A DNA stretch of 35,070 bases from an uncultured Planctomycetales bacterium (GTDB lineage Bacteria > Omnitrophota > Gorgyraeia > Gygaellales > Profunditerraquicolaceae): contig CAYIFW010000004.1 in assembly GCA_964362795.1 (NCBI GenBank), positions 1 through 35,070 on the forward strand, written 5' to 3'. This document shows positions 11,423-19,642 of this stretch, piece by piece. The notes under the pieces are model-generated. The model searched no databases. It was not told the DNA's origin and saw nothing but the letters and a program-made list of their open reading frames with translations. A program made the position numbers and the translations under genes. Position 1 is the first letter of the stretch. Each line of letters begins with the position of its first letter.

Positions 11423-12279
11423 TGGAAAGAAGAGCTTTAGGCAAAGGCCTTGGCGCGTTAATACCAGAGAAAGCGGTGGATAACTCAACGCATAAAGAAG
11501 AGATCCTTTATCTCCAGTTTGGACAAATAAAACCTAATCCTTTTCAACCGCGGGAAGATTTTGATCAACAAGCGATTGAGGAATTAGCGCAGTCTATTAA
11601 AGAAAAAGGAGTTATTCAGCCGCTTTTAGTCAGGCGCAAAGGGGACAATTATGAATTGATTGCCGGAGAGAGAAGATTCCGTGCAGCTAACTCTTTGGGG
11701 CTCAAAGAGATACCAGCTATTGTCCGGGATGTAAGCGACCAGGATTCTTTAGAGCTGGCTTTGATTGAAAATATTCAGCGGGAAGGGTTAAATCCCATTG
11801 AAGAAGCGCATGCTTATCAACATCTAATAGATAAGTTTAAAGTTAGCCAAGAAAAAATCAGCGAAGTTTTAGGCAAGGCCCGGGTTTCGATTACCAATAC
11901 TTTGCGCCTGCTTAAATTGCCGCATGAAATTCAACAAGAAATGAAAAAGGGCCGCATTGGTTTTGCGCACGGACGCGCTTTGCTGGAGATTGAAGATGCC
12001 AATCAACAGCGCAAACTTGCCCAGGATATTATTACTAAAGGGCTTTCGGTGCGCGAGTTGGAAAATTTAATTAAAAGCAAACGGCCTAAATTAATTAAAA
12101 GAAGTATCGGCCAGGGCCAACGCGAACCGTTGGTGGTAATTCTGGAGGAGCAATTGCAACATGCTTTAGCTACCAAGGTGCGGATTAGTAAAAGAAAGAA
12201 ACGCGGGCACATTAATATTGAATTTTATTCAGAAGAAGATCTGCAGCGGATTGTTAATGTTGTTAAGGGGGGGAAATAG
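11422..12279 (+). CDS. parB: Chromosome partitioning protein ParB/Spo0J
   Basis: LGKGLGALI, PNPFQPR, IAGERRFRA, ALIENIQRE. Confidence 0.98.
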   Translation: MERRALGKGLGALIPEKAVDNSTHKEEILYLQFGQIKPNPFQPREDFDQQAIEELAQSIKEKGVIQPLLVRRKGDNYELIAGERRFRAANSLGLKEIPAIVRDVSDQDSLELALIENIQREGLNPIEEAHAYQHLIDKFKVSQEKISEVLGKARVSITNTLRLLKLPHEIQQEMKKGRIGFAHGRALLEIEDANQQRKLAQDIITKGLSVRELENLIKSKRPKLIKRSIGQGQREPLVVILEEQLQHALATKVRISKRKKRGHINIEFYSEEDLQRIVNVVKGGK

Positions 12280-12282
12280 ATC

Positions 12283-12786
12283 ATGGGACAGTCAGTTTTA
12301 ATTTTAATTAAACCCGACGGGCTAAAGAAATCTTTGACCGGCAATATACTTTCTCGATTATCTGAAACTAAGCTGGAGATTGTCGCGGCCAAGATGGTGC
12401 GCGTATCCAAGGAATTGGCGGAAGAACATTATAAACAATTAAAAGATAAGCCGTTTTTCGGTGAGATTATTAAATATTTGCAGGGGGACCTGCATGACCG
12501 CAAAAAAGTTATGGCTTTGGTTTATTGGGGGCCGGAGGCGATAAAAAAATGCCGGGATCTAGCCGGAGCAACGAATCCGGAGGAGGCCGAGTCGACATCT
12601 ATCCGCGGTTCTTATGGCCGGATTACCACCGGTGGAATCTATGAAAATGTAGTCCATGTTTCATCCAATCCTTCTGAGGCAGAAAGGGAAATTAAACTTT
12701 GGTTTTCTCCGGATGAGATTATCGTCGAACTTTATGCGGCAAAAGATATCGTGCAAAAAGAAATTCAACAGAAGGTCTGGGCTTAA
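12283..12786 (+). CDS. ndk: Nucleoside diphosphate kinase
   Basis: ILIKPDG, AEEHY, GATNP, SIRG, NVVHVS catalytic His, EAEREIKLWF. Confidence 0.95.
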   Translation: MGQSVLILIKPDGLKKSLTGNILSRLSETKLEIVAAKMVRVSKELAEEHYKQLKDKPFFGEIIKYLQGDLHDRKKVMALVYWGPEAIKKCRDLAGATNPEEAESTSIRGSYGRITTGGIYENVVHVSSNPSEAEREIKLWFSPDEIIVELYAAKDIVQKEIQQKVWA

Positions 12787-12788
12787 AT

Positions 12789-13625
12789 ATGAAAAAAATC
12801 ATCAGCAGTATGACCGGTTTTGGCAGCCACCAGATAGAGCTTGAGGCTATCGGCAGAATTAGTGTGGAATTAAAGTGCACCAATCATAAGTTTCTGGAAA
12901 CGGTTTTTAATTTACCCGACGGCCTGATCTCCTTGGAGGATAAGCTCAAAAAAGAAATTGAGTCAAAAATCAGGCGGGGACGGATTTATTGCGCGATTAA
13001 TATTAAAGACCAGGTTATCCAAGGTATTTTTGTTAATCGTAAATTACTAAAAAATTATTTGCAGGAATTAAATAGTTTAAAAAAAGAATTTAAAATTCAA
13101 GACGGTTTAAATCTCGATTCTTTAATCCGATTGCCGGGAATTTTAGCGCTTAAAGAAAATAAGCCGACAGGAAGCCATATTTGGGATAAGCTTAAACCTG
13201 TTTTTCTGCAAGCACTTATGGCTTTATTGCGGGCCCGCCAGAAAGAGGGGGCAGCCCTGGGGAGTTTATTAAAAAACAGAAGTGAACTCTTGAAAAAAGA
13301 TGTGGATTTTATCAAACAGCGTTTTTCAATTGCGATCAAGAGCAGGCTTAAAAAAATTCACACTCAGGAAGAACGCGCGGCTTTTTTAAAAGGGGCGGAT
13401 GTGGCTGAAGAGATTGATCGCTTGCGTTTTCATATTAAAAATTTTCAGCAAAAGATTACTAGCGCAGGCAGTGTGGGCAAGGAGTTGGATTTTATCACTC
13501 AGGAGATGCAGCGGGAAGCCAATACCTTGGCCGCTAAGTCTTTTGACCTGGTGATCTCCGGCCGCGCCGTGCAGATGAAAAGCCAGATTGAAAAAATTCG
13601 CGAACAAGTGCAGAATATCGAGTAG
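12789..13625 (+). CDS. yicC: YicC/YloC family endoribonuclease
   Basis: SMTGFG, EEIDRL, GKELDFITQEMQREANT, EKIREQVQNIE; upstream of gmk. Confidence 0.95.
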   Translation: MKKIISSMTGFGSHQIELEAIGRISVELKCTNHKFLETVFNLPDGLISLEDKLKKEIESKIRRGRIYCAINIKDQVIQGIFVNRKLLKNYLQELNSLKKEFKIQDGLNLDSLIRLPGILALKENKPTGSHIWDKLKPVFLQALMALLRARQKEGAALGSLLKNRSELLKKDVDFIKQRFSIAIKSRLKKIHTQEERAAFLKGADVAEEIDRLRFHIKNFQQKITSAGSVGKELDFITQEMQREANTLAAKSFDLVISGRAVQMKSQIEKIREQVQNIE

Positions 13626-14224
13626 TGAAAGCCGAAAAAAGCAAAAATAATCCGGGGAAACTCTTTATCATCTGCGGCCCCTCGGGCTCAGGCAAAACCA
13701 CCTTGCTGAGCAGTTTAATTCAAGATAAAAAAATTGCCAAGTTGTTGACCAAGTCATGCTCAATTACCACCCGGCCTAAGCGTTCGGGGGAAAAAGAGGG
13801 CCGAGACTATTTTTTTGTTACCGAGGTTGTGTTTGGCCAACTGTTAAAAGCGAAAAAAATTCTTGAATGGACCAGGTATTTGGGCTATTATTACGGAACG
13901 CCCAAAGAGCAGTTAGAAAAAAAAATTAAAGCCGGTAAAAACATCGGGCTATGTTTAGATCTTAAGGGCACCAGGATTCTTAAGAAATTATATTCTAAGA
14001 ATACGGTAACTATTTTTGTCTTGCCGCCTTCGCTAAAGGCGCTTAAAAGCAGGATCCAGGGCCGTTGCCGTAAGACTAATAAAACAGAGGTAGCGCAGCG
14101 CCTGCGCCTGGCAGCCAAGGAGTTGCTGGCCGCCTCCGGGTTTGATTATTGCGTTTTGAATCAAAAACTGGAAGTCGCGCTTCAAGAATTAAAAGCTATA
14201 TTTTTACAAGAGATCAGCGTTTAG
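13625..14224 (+). CDS. gmk: Guanylate kinase
   Basis: GPSGSGKTT, TTRPKRSGEKEGRDYFF, YYGTP, IFVLPPS. Confidence 0.97.
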   Translation: MKAEKSKNNPGKLFIICGPSGSGKTTLLSSLIQDKKIAKLLTKSCSITTRPKRSGEKEGRDYFFVTEVVFGQLLKAKKILEWTRYLGYYYGTPKEQLEKKIKAGKNIGLCLDLKGTRILKKLYSKNTVTIFVLPPSLKALKSRIQGRCRKTNKTEVAQRLRLAAKELLAASGFDYCVLNQKLEVALQELKAIFLQEISV

Positions 14225-14246
14225 TATTTTACTCCGGGGGGTAAAG

Positions 14247-14456
14247 ATGGGTTATGAAGGCAGAGAAAAACTTTTAGATAAGAGCTTGGGGTCAATTTAT
14301 AAACTGGTAATTTTAGCGTCCAAAAGGGCTTTGGAGATTGCCGAAGGCCAGCCAAAATTAGTGGCTGATGATGCTTCTATTAAACCGTCTACGGTGGCTT
14401 TACATGAAATTGCCGCAGGTAAAATCCAAGCCAAGAAAATTAAAACCAAAGAATAA
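14247..14456 (+). CDS. rpoZ: RNA polymerase omega subunit
   Basis: SIYKLVILASKRA..KPSTVALHEIAAGKI; gmk-rpoZ-coaBC synteny. Confidence 0.95.
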   Translation: MGYEGREKLLDKSLGSIYKLVILASKRALEIAEGQPKLVADDASIKPSTVALHEIAAGKIQAKKIKTKE

Positions 14457-15010
14457 TGATCAAAACAGGAAAAAATATTATTTTAGGGGTAACGGCTAGC
14501 ATTGCTATTTATAAGGCTTGCGATATTCTGCGTAAGCTCAAAAATAGCGGATTCAGCGTGCAGGTAGTAATGACTAAAGAAGCCGAAGAATTAATCAAGC
14601 CGATTGTTTTTCAAAGCTTAAGCGCAAATCGCGTTTATCGCGCAGGAATATTTGAGGAGCAGGCTACCTGGGAGATTGAGCATATATCTTTGGCTCAGCA
14701 AGCGGATCTAATTTTGATTGCCCCGGCGACAGCTAATATTATTGCCAAGCTGGCTGCAGGAATTTGCGATGATTTGTTGACCTGCGTGGTTTGCGCCAGC
14801 AAGGCTAAAGTTTTGATTGCCCCGGCTATGAATGAAAACATGTATAAAAATAAAATTACCCAAAGTAATATCGCAAAATTAAAATCTTGCGGGTATAAAT
14901 TTATTGGCCCGATCAGCGGCCTGCTTGCCTGCGGAACAAGCGGAACAAGCGGAACAGGCTGTTTAGCTGATACCGAAGAAATCGTCAAGCAGGTAAAAAA
15001 TATATTATAA
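14456..15010 (+). CDS. coaC: Phosphopantothenoylcysteine decarboxylase (CoaC domain only)
   Basis: LGVTASIAIYK, EHISLA, IAPATANIIAK, APAMNENM, LACG; stops before any CoaB domain. Confidence 0.9.
   Translation: MIKTGKNIILGVTASIAIYKACDILRKLKNSGFSVQVVMTKEAEELIKPIVFQSLSANRVYRAGIFEEQATWEIEHISLAQQADLILIAPATANIIAKLAAGICDDLLTCVVCASKAKVLIAPAMNENMYKNKITQSNIAKLKSCGYKFIGPISGLLACGTSGTSGTGCLADTEEIVKQVKNIL
14931..14957 (+). repeat. 9-bp tandem repeat x3 in coaC
   Basis: GCGGAACAA-GCGGAACAA-GCGGAACAG, encoding GTS-GTS-GTG. Confidence 0.9.
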
Positions 15011-15014
15011 CTTT

Positions 15015-15089
15015 GGCGACGTAGCCAAGTGGTAAGGCAGTTCTCTGCAAAAGAACTATTCAGCGGTTCGAATCCGCTCGTCGCCTCCA
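15015..15089 (+). tRNA. tRNA-Cys(GCA)
   Basis: Acceptor GGCGACG/CGTCGCC, anticodon arm GTTCT-CTGCAAA-AGAAC, GGTTCGAAT, U73 and encoded CCA. Confidence 0.98.
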
Positions 15090-15100
15090 TTAAATTTTTC

Positions 15101-15183
15101 GGGCAAGTGGTGGAATGGCATACACGAAGGACTTAAAATCCTTTGGCCGTAAGGTCGTGAGGGTCCGACTCCCTCCTTGCCCA
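15101..15183 (+). tRNA. tRNA-Leu(TAA)
   Basis: Acceptor GGGCAAG/CTTGCCC, AAGGA-CTTAAAA-TCCTT, long variable arm, T-loop TCCGACT, no encoded CCA. Confidence 0.95.
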
Positions 15184-15214
15184 TAAATTTTCGTGAAGCC
15201 AGAAGCAAAATTGA

Positions 15215-15288
15215 GGGCTCATAGCTCAGTTGGTTAGAGCGTTTCCTTGACATGGAAAAGGCCGGGGGTCCGAATCCTCCTGGGCCCA
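15215..15288 (+). tRNA. tRNA-Val(GAC)
   Basis: Acceptor GGGCTCA/TGGGCCC, TTTCC-TTGACAT-GGAAA, T-loop TCCGAAT, no encoded CCA. Confidence 0.95.
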
Positions 15289-15314
15289 ATTTAATTTTTG
15301 ATAAAATATAAAAT

Positions 15315-17033
15315 ATGGATCTATCTACTTTAAGACATTCTTGTTCGCACGTTTTGGCGGCTGCCGTTAAAGAGCTCTGGCCGGAGGCCAAGCTGGCTAT
15401 CGGCCCGGCAATTGAAGACGGCTTTTACTATGACTTTGATAAAAAAGAGCCTTTTACCGACGAGGATTTAGCGCAGATTGAGAAAGCTATGCTCCGGATT
15501 ATCGCCAAAAACGAGTCGTTTTTGCGCGAAGAAGTAGATAAAGACCAGGCGATTAAGTTATTTAAAACACTGAAAGAAGATTATAAAGTTCAGCTGATCC
15601 AGGATTTAGCCGATGAGCCGATTTCGATTTATAAAACAGGTACAGTTTTTTTGGATTTATGCCGCGGGCCGCATATCGAATCAACCGGCCAGATCAAGGC
15701 CTTTAAATTACTGTCAGTTGCCGGGGCTTACTGGCATGGGATTGAAACCAATCCTATGTTGCAGAGAATTTACGGCACCTGTTTTAATTCTCAAAAAGAG
15801 CTGGAGGAGTATTTAAAAAATTTAGAGGAAGCAAAATTGCGCGACCACCGAAAGCTGGGCCCGCAATTAGGGTTCTTTGATATCTATCATGAACAGGCCG
15901 GGGCAGGGCTGGTATTTTATCATCCTAAAGGGGCGTTATTGCGCACGTTTATCGAGGATTATGAAAAAAAAGAGCATTTAAAACGCGGCTATCAGCTGGT
16001 AATTACTCCGCATATTATGGATGTGGCGCTTTGGAAAATTAGCGGCCATTATGAATATTACAAAGAGAATATGTATTCTTTTATTACCGAGGGCAAAGAG
16101 TTTGTTCTAAAGCCGATGAATTGCCCGGGGCATATTTTGATTTATAAATCCAAAACCCGAAGCTATAAAGATCTGCCTTTGCGTTTATTTGAACTGGGGA
16201 CGGTTTATCGCCGGGAAAAGGCCGGGGTTTTGCATGGGCTCTTGCGTGTGCGCGGCTTTACTCAGGATGATGCGCATATTTTTTGCTTGCCGGAGCAGTT
16301 AAGGGATGAAATTAAAAAGATTATTGATTTTGTTTTTGAAACGATGAAGGTGTTTGGTTTTAATGAGTGGGGAGTGGAATTAAGCACGCGCCCGGAAAAA
16401 TATATCGGCTCCGATGAAGATTGGCAGGAAGCCACCGCTGCCTTAGAGGATGCGTTAAAAGAAAAAGAAATCACCTATGAAATTAATCAAGGCGACGGCG
16501 CATTTTACGGCCCAAAGATCGATATAAAATTAAAGGATGCGCTGAAGAGAACTTGGCAATGCGCGACAATCCAGTGCGATTTTGCGCTTCCTAAAAGATT
16601 CGATTTGGCCTATATTGATGACCAGGGTAAAGAAAGGCAGCCGATTATGTTGCACCGGGTTTTATTAGGCAGCCTGGAGCGTTTTATCGGAGCTTTGATC
16701 GAACATTATAAAGGGGAGCTTCCTTTGTGGCTTAGCCCTTGCCAAGTTTTACTAATTCCGCTTAAGGAAACGGTGATGCCGTATGCCCAGACGATCAAAG
16801 ATAAATTAGAAAGCATTAATATCCGTTTGGAGATAGATACGCGCAATGAAAGCCTGGATAAAAAAATCCGTGAAGCGGAATTAAATAAAATTCCTTACTG
16901 TTTAATCATCGGAGAGCGCGAGGCTAAGCAGGAGCAGGTTAGCGTGCGTAAAAAAGGCAGCGGCCAGCAGGGCGCGGTGGCCATAGATAAATTTATCGAA
17001 GAATTAATTAATCGGATCCAGGAACATAAATAG
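15315..17033 (+). CDS. thrS: Threonyl-tRNA synthetase (lacks N-terminal TGS domain)
   Basis: LRHSCSHVLA, DLCRGPH, RDHRKLG, LKPMNCPGH, RVRGFTQDDAH, GAFYGPKID. Confidence 0.99.
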   Translation: MDLSTLRHSCSHVLAAAVKELWPEAKLAIGPAIEDGFYYDFDKKEPFTDEDLAQIEKAMLRIIAKNESFLREEVDKDQAIKLFKTLKEDYKVQLIQDLADEPISIYKTGTVFLDLCRGPHIESTGQIKAFKLLSVAGAYWHGIETNPMLQRIYGTCFNSQKELEEYLKNLEEAKLRDHRKLGPQLGFFDIYHEQAGAGLVFYHPKGALLRTFIEDYEKKEHLKRGYQLVITPHIMDVALWKISGHYEYYKENMYSFITEGKEFVLKPMNCPGHILIYKSKTRSYKDLPLRLFELGTVYRREKAGVLHGLLRVRGFTQDDAHIFCLPEQLRDEIKKIIDFVFETMKVFGFNEWGVELSTRPEKYIGSDEDWQEATAALEDALKEKEITYEINQGDGAFYGPKIDIKLKDALKRTWQCATIQCDFALPKRFDLAYIDDQGKERQPIMLHRVLLGSLERFIGALIEHYKGELPLWLSPCQVLLIPLKETVMPYAQTIKDKLESINIRLEIDTRNESLDKKIREAELNKIPYCLIIGEREAKQEQVSVRKKGSGQQGAVAIDKFIEELINRIQEHK

Positions 17034-17047
17034 AAAGTGAGGCTGCT

Positions 17048-17554
17048 ATAAAAAAGTTCATTCGAGTTAATGACAGGATCAGTTCACCGCAGATTAGGGT
17101 TATTGGCCATGATGGTGCTCCGTTAGGAGTAATGTCGGTTCAGAGAGCGTTAGAGATTGCTAATCAGCACGAGTTGGACCTGGTCGAGGTTGCCCCCGCG
17201 GCTGTTCCTCCGGTGTGCCGGATTATCGAGTTCAGCAAATTTAAATATGACCTTGAGAAAAAAGAGCGCGAGGCAAAAAAACATCAAAAACAGGGCCGTT
17301 TAAAGGAAATCCGGCTGAAGCCTAATATCGATGACCATGATTTTGAAACTAAAGTAAAACAAGTGGTAAGTTTTTTAAAGAAAAAAGATAAAGTTAGGGT
17401 CAATCTTTTCTTCCGCGGAAGGCAGATGGAGCATATAGATCTGGGAAGAAGTGTTTTAGATAAATTTATCGCCTCAACGCAGGGCGATGGGGTAGTAGAA
17501 AAAGCGCCGTCATTAGAAGGCAGAATTATGTCTTTTGTGATTGCTCCGAAATAG
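17048..17554 (+). CDS. infC: Translation initiation factor IF-3, probable ATA start
   Basis: The frame extends upstream of ATG 17132 as IKKFIRVNDRISSPQIRVIG (conserved IF3 N-terminus); GTGAGG RBS precedes ATA 17048; DLVEVAP..PPVCRI and FRGRQ motifs. Confidence 0.93.
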   Translation: MKKFIRVNDRISSPQIRVIGHDGAPLGVMSVQRALEIANQHELDLVEVAPAAVPPVCRIIEFSKFKYDLEKKEREAKKHQKQGRLKEIRLKPNIDDHDFETKVKQVVSFLKKKDKVRVNLFFRGRQMEHIDLGRSVLDKFIASTQGDGVVEKAPSLEGRIMSFVIAPK

Positions 17555-17568
17555 GGTATAATAATATA

Positions 17569-17616
17569 TACACCCGGCGCTAATTGGAATTGCGCCGGTG
17601 TTGTGTCCGTACACAA
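17569..17616. repeat. Two-hairpin intergenic repeat, copy 1
   Basis: TACACCCGGCGCTAATTGGAATTGCGCCGGTGTTGTGTCCGTACACAA; near-identical to 26472-26519. Confidence 0.9.
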
Positions 17617-17625
17617 GGAGAAGAA

Positions 17626-17826
17626 ATGCCAAAATTAAAAACCAAAAGAGGAGTAGCTAAGCGCTTTAAAATTAGCAAGAGAGGTAAAGTTAAATATTCT
17701 CCCGGGGGGAAGAGCCATTTAGCTTCATCCAAAAAAACAAAAAAGATGAGAAACTTAAAGAAGCGCAGGATGTTGGCCGGAAAAAAAGAAATACGATTTA
17801 TTAAATCCATGTTACCTTATGGATAG
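17626..17826 (+). CDS. rpmI: 50S ribosomal protein L35
   Basis: MPKLKTKRGVAKRFK; AAGGAG RBS; infC-rpmI-rplT order. Confidence 0.97.
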   Translation: MPKLKTKRGVAKRFKISKRGKVKYSPGGKSHLASSKKTKKMRNLKKRRMLAGKKEIRFIKSMLPYG

Positions 17827-17845
17827 ACCCTAAAGGAGTATAAAA

Positions 17846-18193
17846 ATGGCAAAAATTAAACACAGTGTCGCAACACGTAAAAGAAAGAAAAAAGTTTTAA
17901 AGCAAGCTAAGGGGTTTTGGGGAGACCGTAGTAAGCAATTCCAGCAGGCAAAAAGAGTCTTGATGCATGCGATGAGATATGCTTACCGTGACCGCCGGAA
18001 TAAGAAGCGCGAGATTCGCGCTCTGTGGATCGCGCGGATTAATGCAGCCTGCCGCGAAGTTGGGATTACTTACAGCGTATTTATGAGCGGGCTCAAGAAA
18101 TCTAAAATTACTCTGGACCGTAAGATCCTGGCGGATTTAGCGGTAAGAGACAGCCAGGCTTTTAAAAAACTGGTGGATGTCGTTAAAAAATAA
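17846..18193 (+). CDS. rplT: 50S ribosomal protein L20
   Basis: [35 protein letters not shown]. Confidence 0.98.
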   Translation: MAKIKHSVATRKRKKKVLKQAKGFWGDRSKQFQQAKRVLMHAMRYAYRDRRNKKREIRALWIARINAACREVGITYSVFMSGLKKSKITLDRKILADLAVRDSQAFKKLVDVVKK

Positions 18194-18202
18194 GGATCTT
18201 TT

Positions 18203-18856
18203 ATGCATGTAATTATTGTCGGTTGCGGAAGGGTCGGGGCAGAACTGGCTAAGCTTTTGTCCGGGGAAAGTCATGACGTAGTAATCATTGATAAAACCCA
18301 GGATGCTTTTAAACGCCTGGGTGGTACTTTCAACGGCTTGACTGTAGTCGGCAATGGTTTTGATCTGGCTCTCCTAAAGCAGGTGGGGATTGAGAAAGCC
18401 GATGCTTTCTGCGCGGTGACTAACGGGGACAACACTAATTTAATCAGCGCCCAGGTGGCTAAGAAAATTTTCCGCGTGCCTAAAGTTTTTGCCCGTGTTT
18501 ATGATCCGCAGCGGGCGCATATTTACGCTGCTTTAGGCTTGGATATTATTAGCGGAACAATGCTCTTCGCGGCTATGCTTAGGGACAAAATTATTGAAAG
18601 CCGGTTCTCTAGCTACTTGATTGAATCTAAAGATTTGGGAGTTTTAGAGATTGAGATTAAAGATGACCTAGTTGGAAAAGCCATTCAAGATATAAATATT
18701 CCGGGAGAGTTTATCGTAGTTGCTTTGCGGAGAATGCAAGGGGTGGTTATTCCTGAACCTAAAACTGTTTTAAAAATTAAAGATATCTTAATGGGGGTGG
18801 TTAAAGTTTCCTGCCTCCAAGAGGTTAGGGAAAAGTTTCGCTTGGGAGAAAAATAA
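18203..18856 (+). CDS. trkA: TrkA/KtrA family K+ uptake regulatory protein (RCK_N plus RCK_C)
   Basis: IIVGCGRVG Rossmann motif, AVTNGDNTN, ARVYDP. Confidence 0.92.
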   Translation: MHVIIVGCGRVGAELAKLLSGESHDVVIIDKTQDAFKRLGGTFNGLTVVGNGFDLALLKQVGIEKADAFCAVTNGDNTNLISAQVAKKIFRVPKVFARVYDPQRAHIYAALGLDIISGTMLFAAMLRDKIIESRFSSYLIESKDLGVLEIEIKDDLVGKAIQDINIPGEFIVVALRRMQGVVIPEPKTVLKIKDILMGVVKVSCLQEVREKFRLGEK

Positions 18857-18858
18857 AG

Positions 18859-19521
18859 ATGTTTATTTTGATCGTCGGGGCAGGTAAAGTTGGATATTTT
18901 TTGGCTAAAAGGCTGTGTCAGGGTAAACATACAGTCAGCATTATTGATAAAGACCGCCAGATTTGTGAAGAGATTGCCAAAGAGTTGGAAGCCTTGGTGG
19001 TTAACGGTGATGCCTGCGACCCTAAAATTCTGGAAGAAGCCGGTATTGCCCGGGCTGATGTTCTAGCCGCGGTTACCGGAGATGATGAGGATAACCTGAT
19101 AATTTGTCAGTTAGCTAAAGAAAAATTTAATCTGCAACGAACTGTCGGCCGGGTAAATAATCCTGATAATGAACATACTTTTAATGAATTAGGAATTGAC
19201 GTGCCGGTTGACTCCACTAAGATCATCGCTAAAATTATCGAAGAAGAAGTTTCTTTCTCCGATTTTGTAAATCTCATGAGTTTTAAACGCGGTAAACTAG
19301 CGATTGTGCGCGTTGATCTGCCTAGTGATGCTCCGGTGATTAATAAGCAGATAAAAGATATTAGTTTGCCTAAGGATGCGGTATTGGTTTCTATTGTCAG
19401 AGGGGAAGAGGTTATCCTCCCTAAAGGTGATACCGTGCTTAAGCCCGGAGATGATGTTATTGCCCTGACTTTAATCGGCAATGAACCGCAGCTGTTGAAC
19501 CTTTTAGCCGGAAAACTTTAA
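18859..19521 (+). CDS. trkA: Second TrkA/KtrA family protein
   Basis: IVGAGKVG, AVTGDDEDNL, ILPKGDTVLKPGD. Confidence 0.92.
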   Translation: MFILIVGAGKVGYFLAKRLCQGKHTVSIIDKDRQICEEIAKELEALVVNGDACDPKILEEAGIARADVLAAVTGDDEDNLIICQLAKEKFNLQRTVGRVNNPDNEHTFNELGIDVPVDSTKIIAKIIEEEVSFSDFVNLMSFKRGKLAIVRVDLPSDAPVINKQIKDISLPKDAVLVSIVRGEEVILPKGDTVLKPGDDVIALTLIGNEPQLLNLLAGKL

Positions 19522-19525
19522 AATA

Positions 19526-19642
19526 ATGAGATTTAAACCCTCCGTAAATATTATTCTGGGAATAATTACAGAAATTTTGTACGTATTTTCGATAATGTTG
19601 GCAGCGTTTCTGATTTGTCTGTTAATATATCTTAAACCATGA
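19526..19642 (+). CDS. Unannotated 38-aa hydrophobic membrane peptide
   Basis: Hand translation MRFKPSVNIILGIITEILYVFSIMLAAFLICLLIYLKP*; starts 4 nt after the trkA stop and its TGA overlaps the trkH ATG. Confidence 0.75.
   Translation: MRFKPSVNIILGIITEILYVFSIMLAAFLICLLIYLKP

Noticed and set aside
17555-17625. L20 autoregulatory leader
   Set aside because: The position fits, but the same sequence recurs after the cyclophilin gene, favouring a dispersed repeat. A secondary regulatory role is not excluded.
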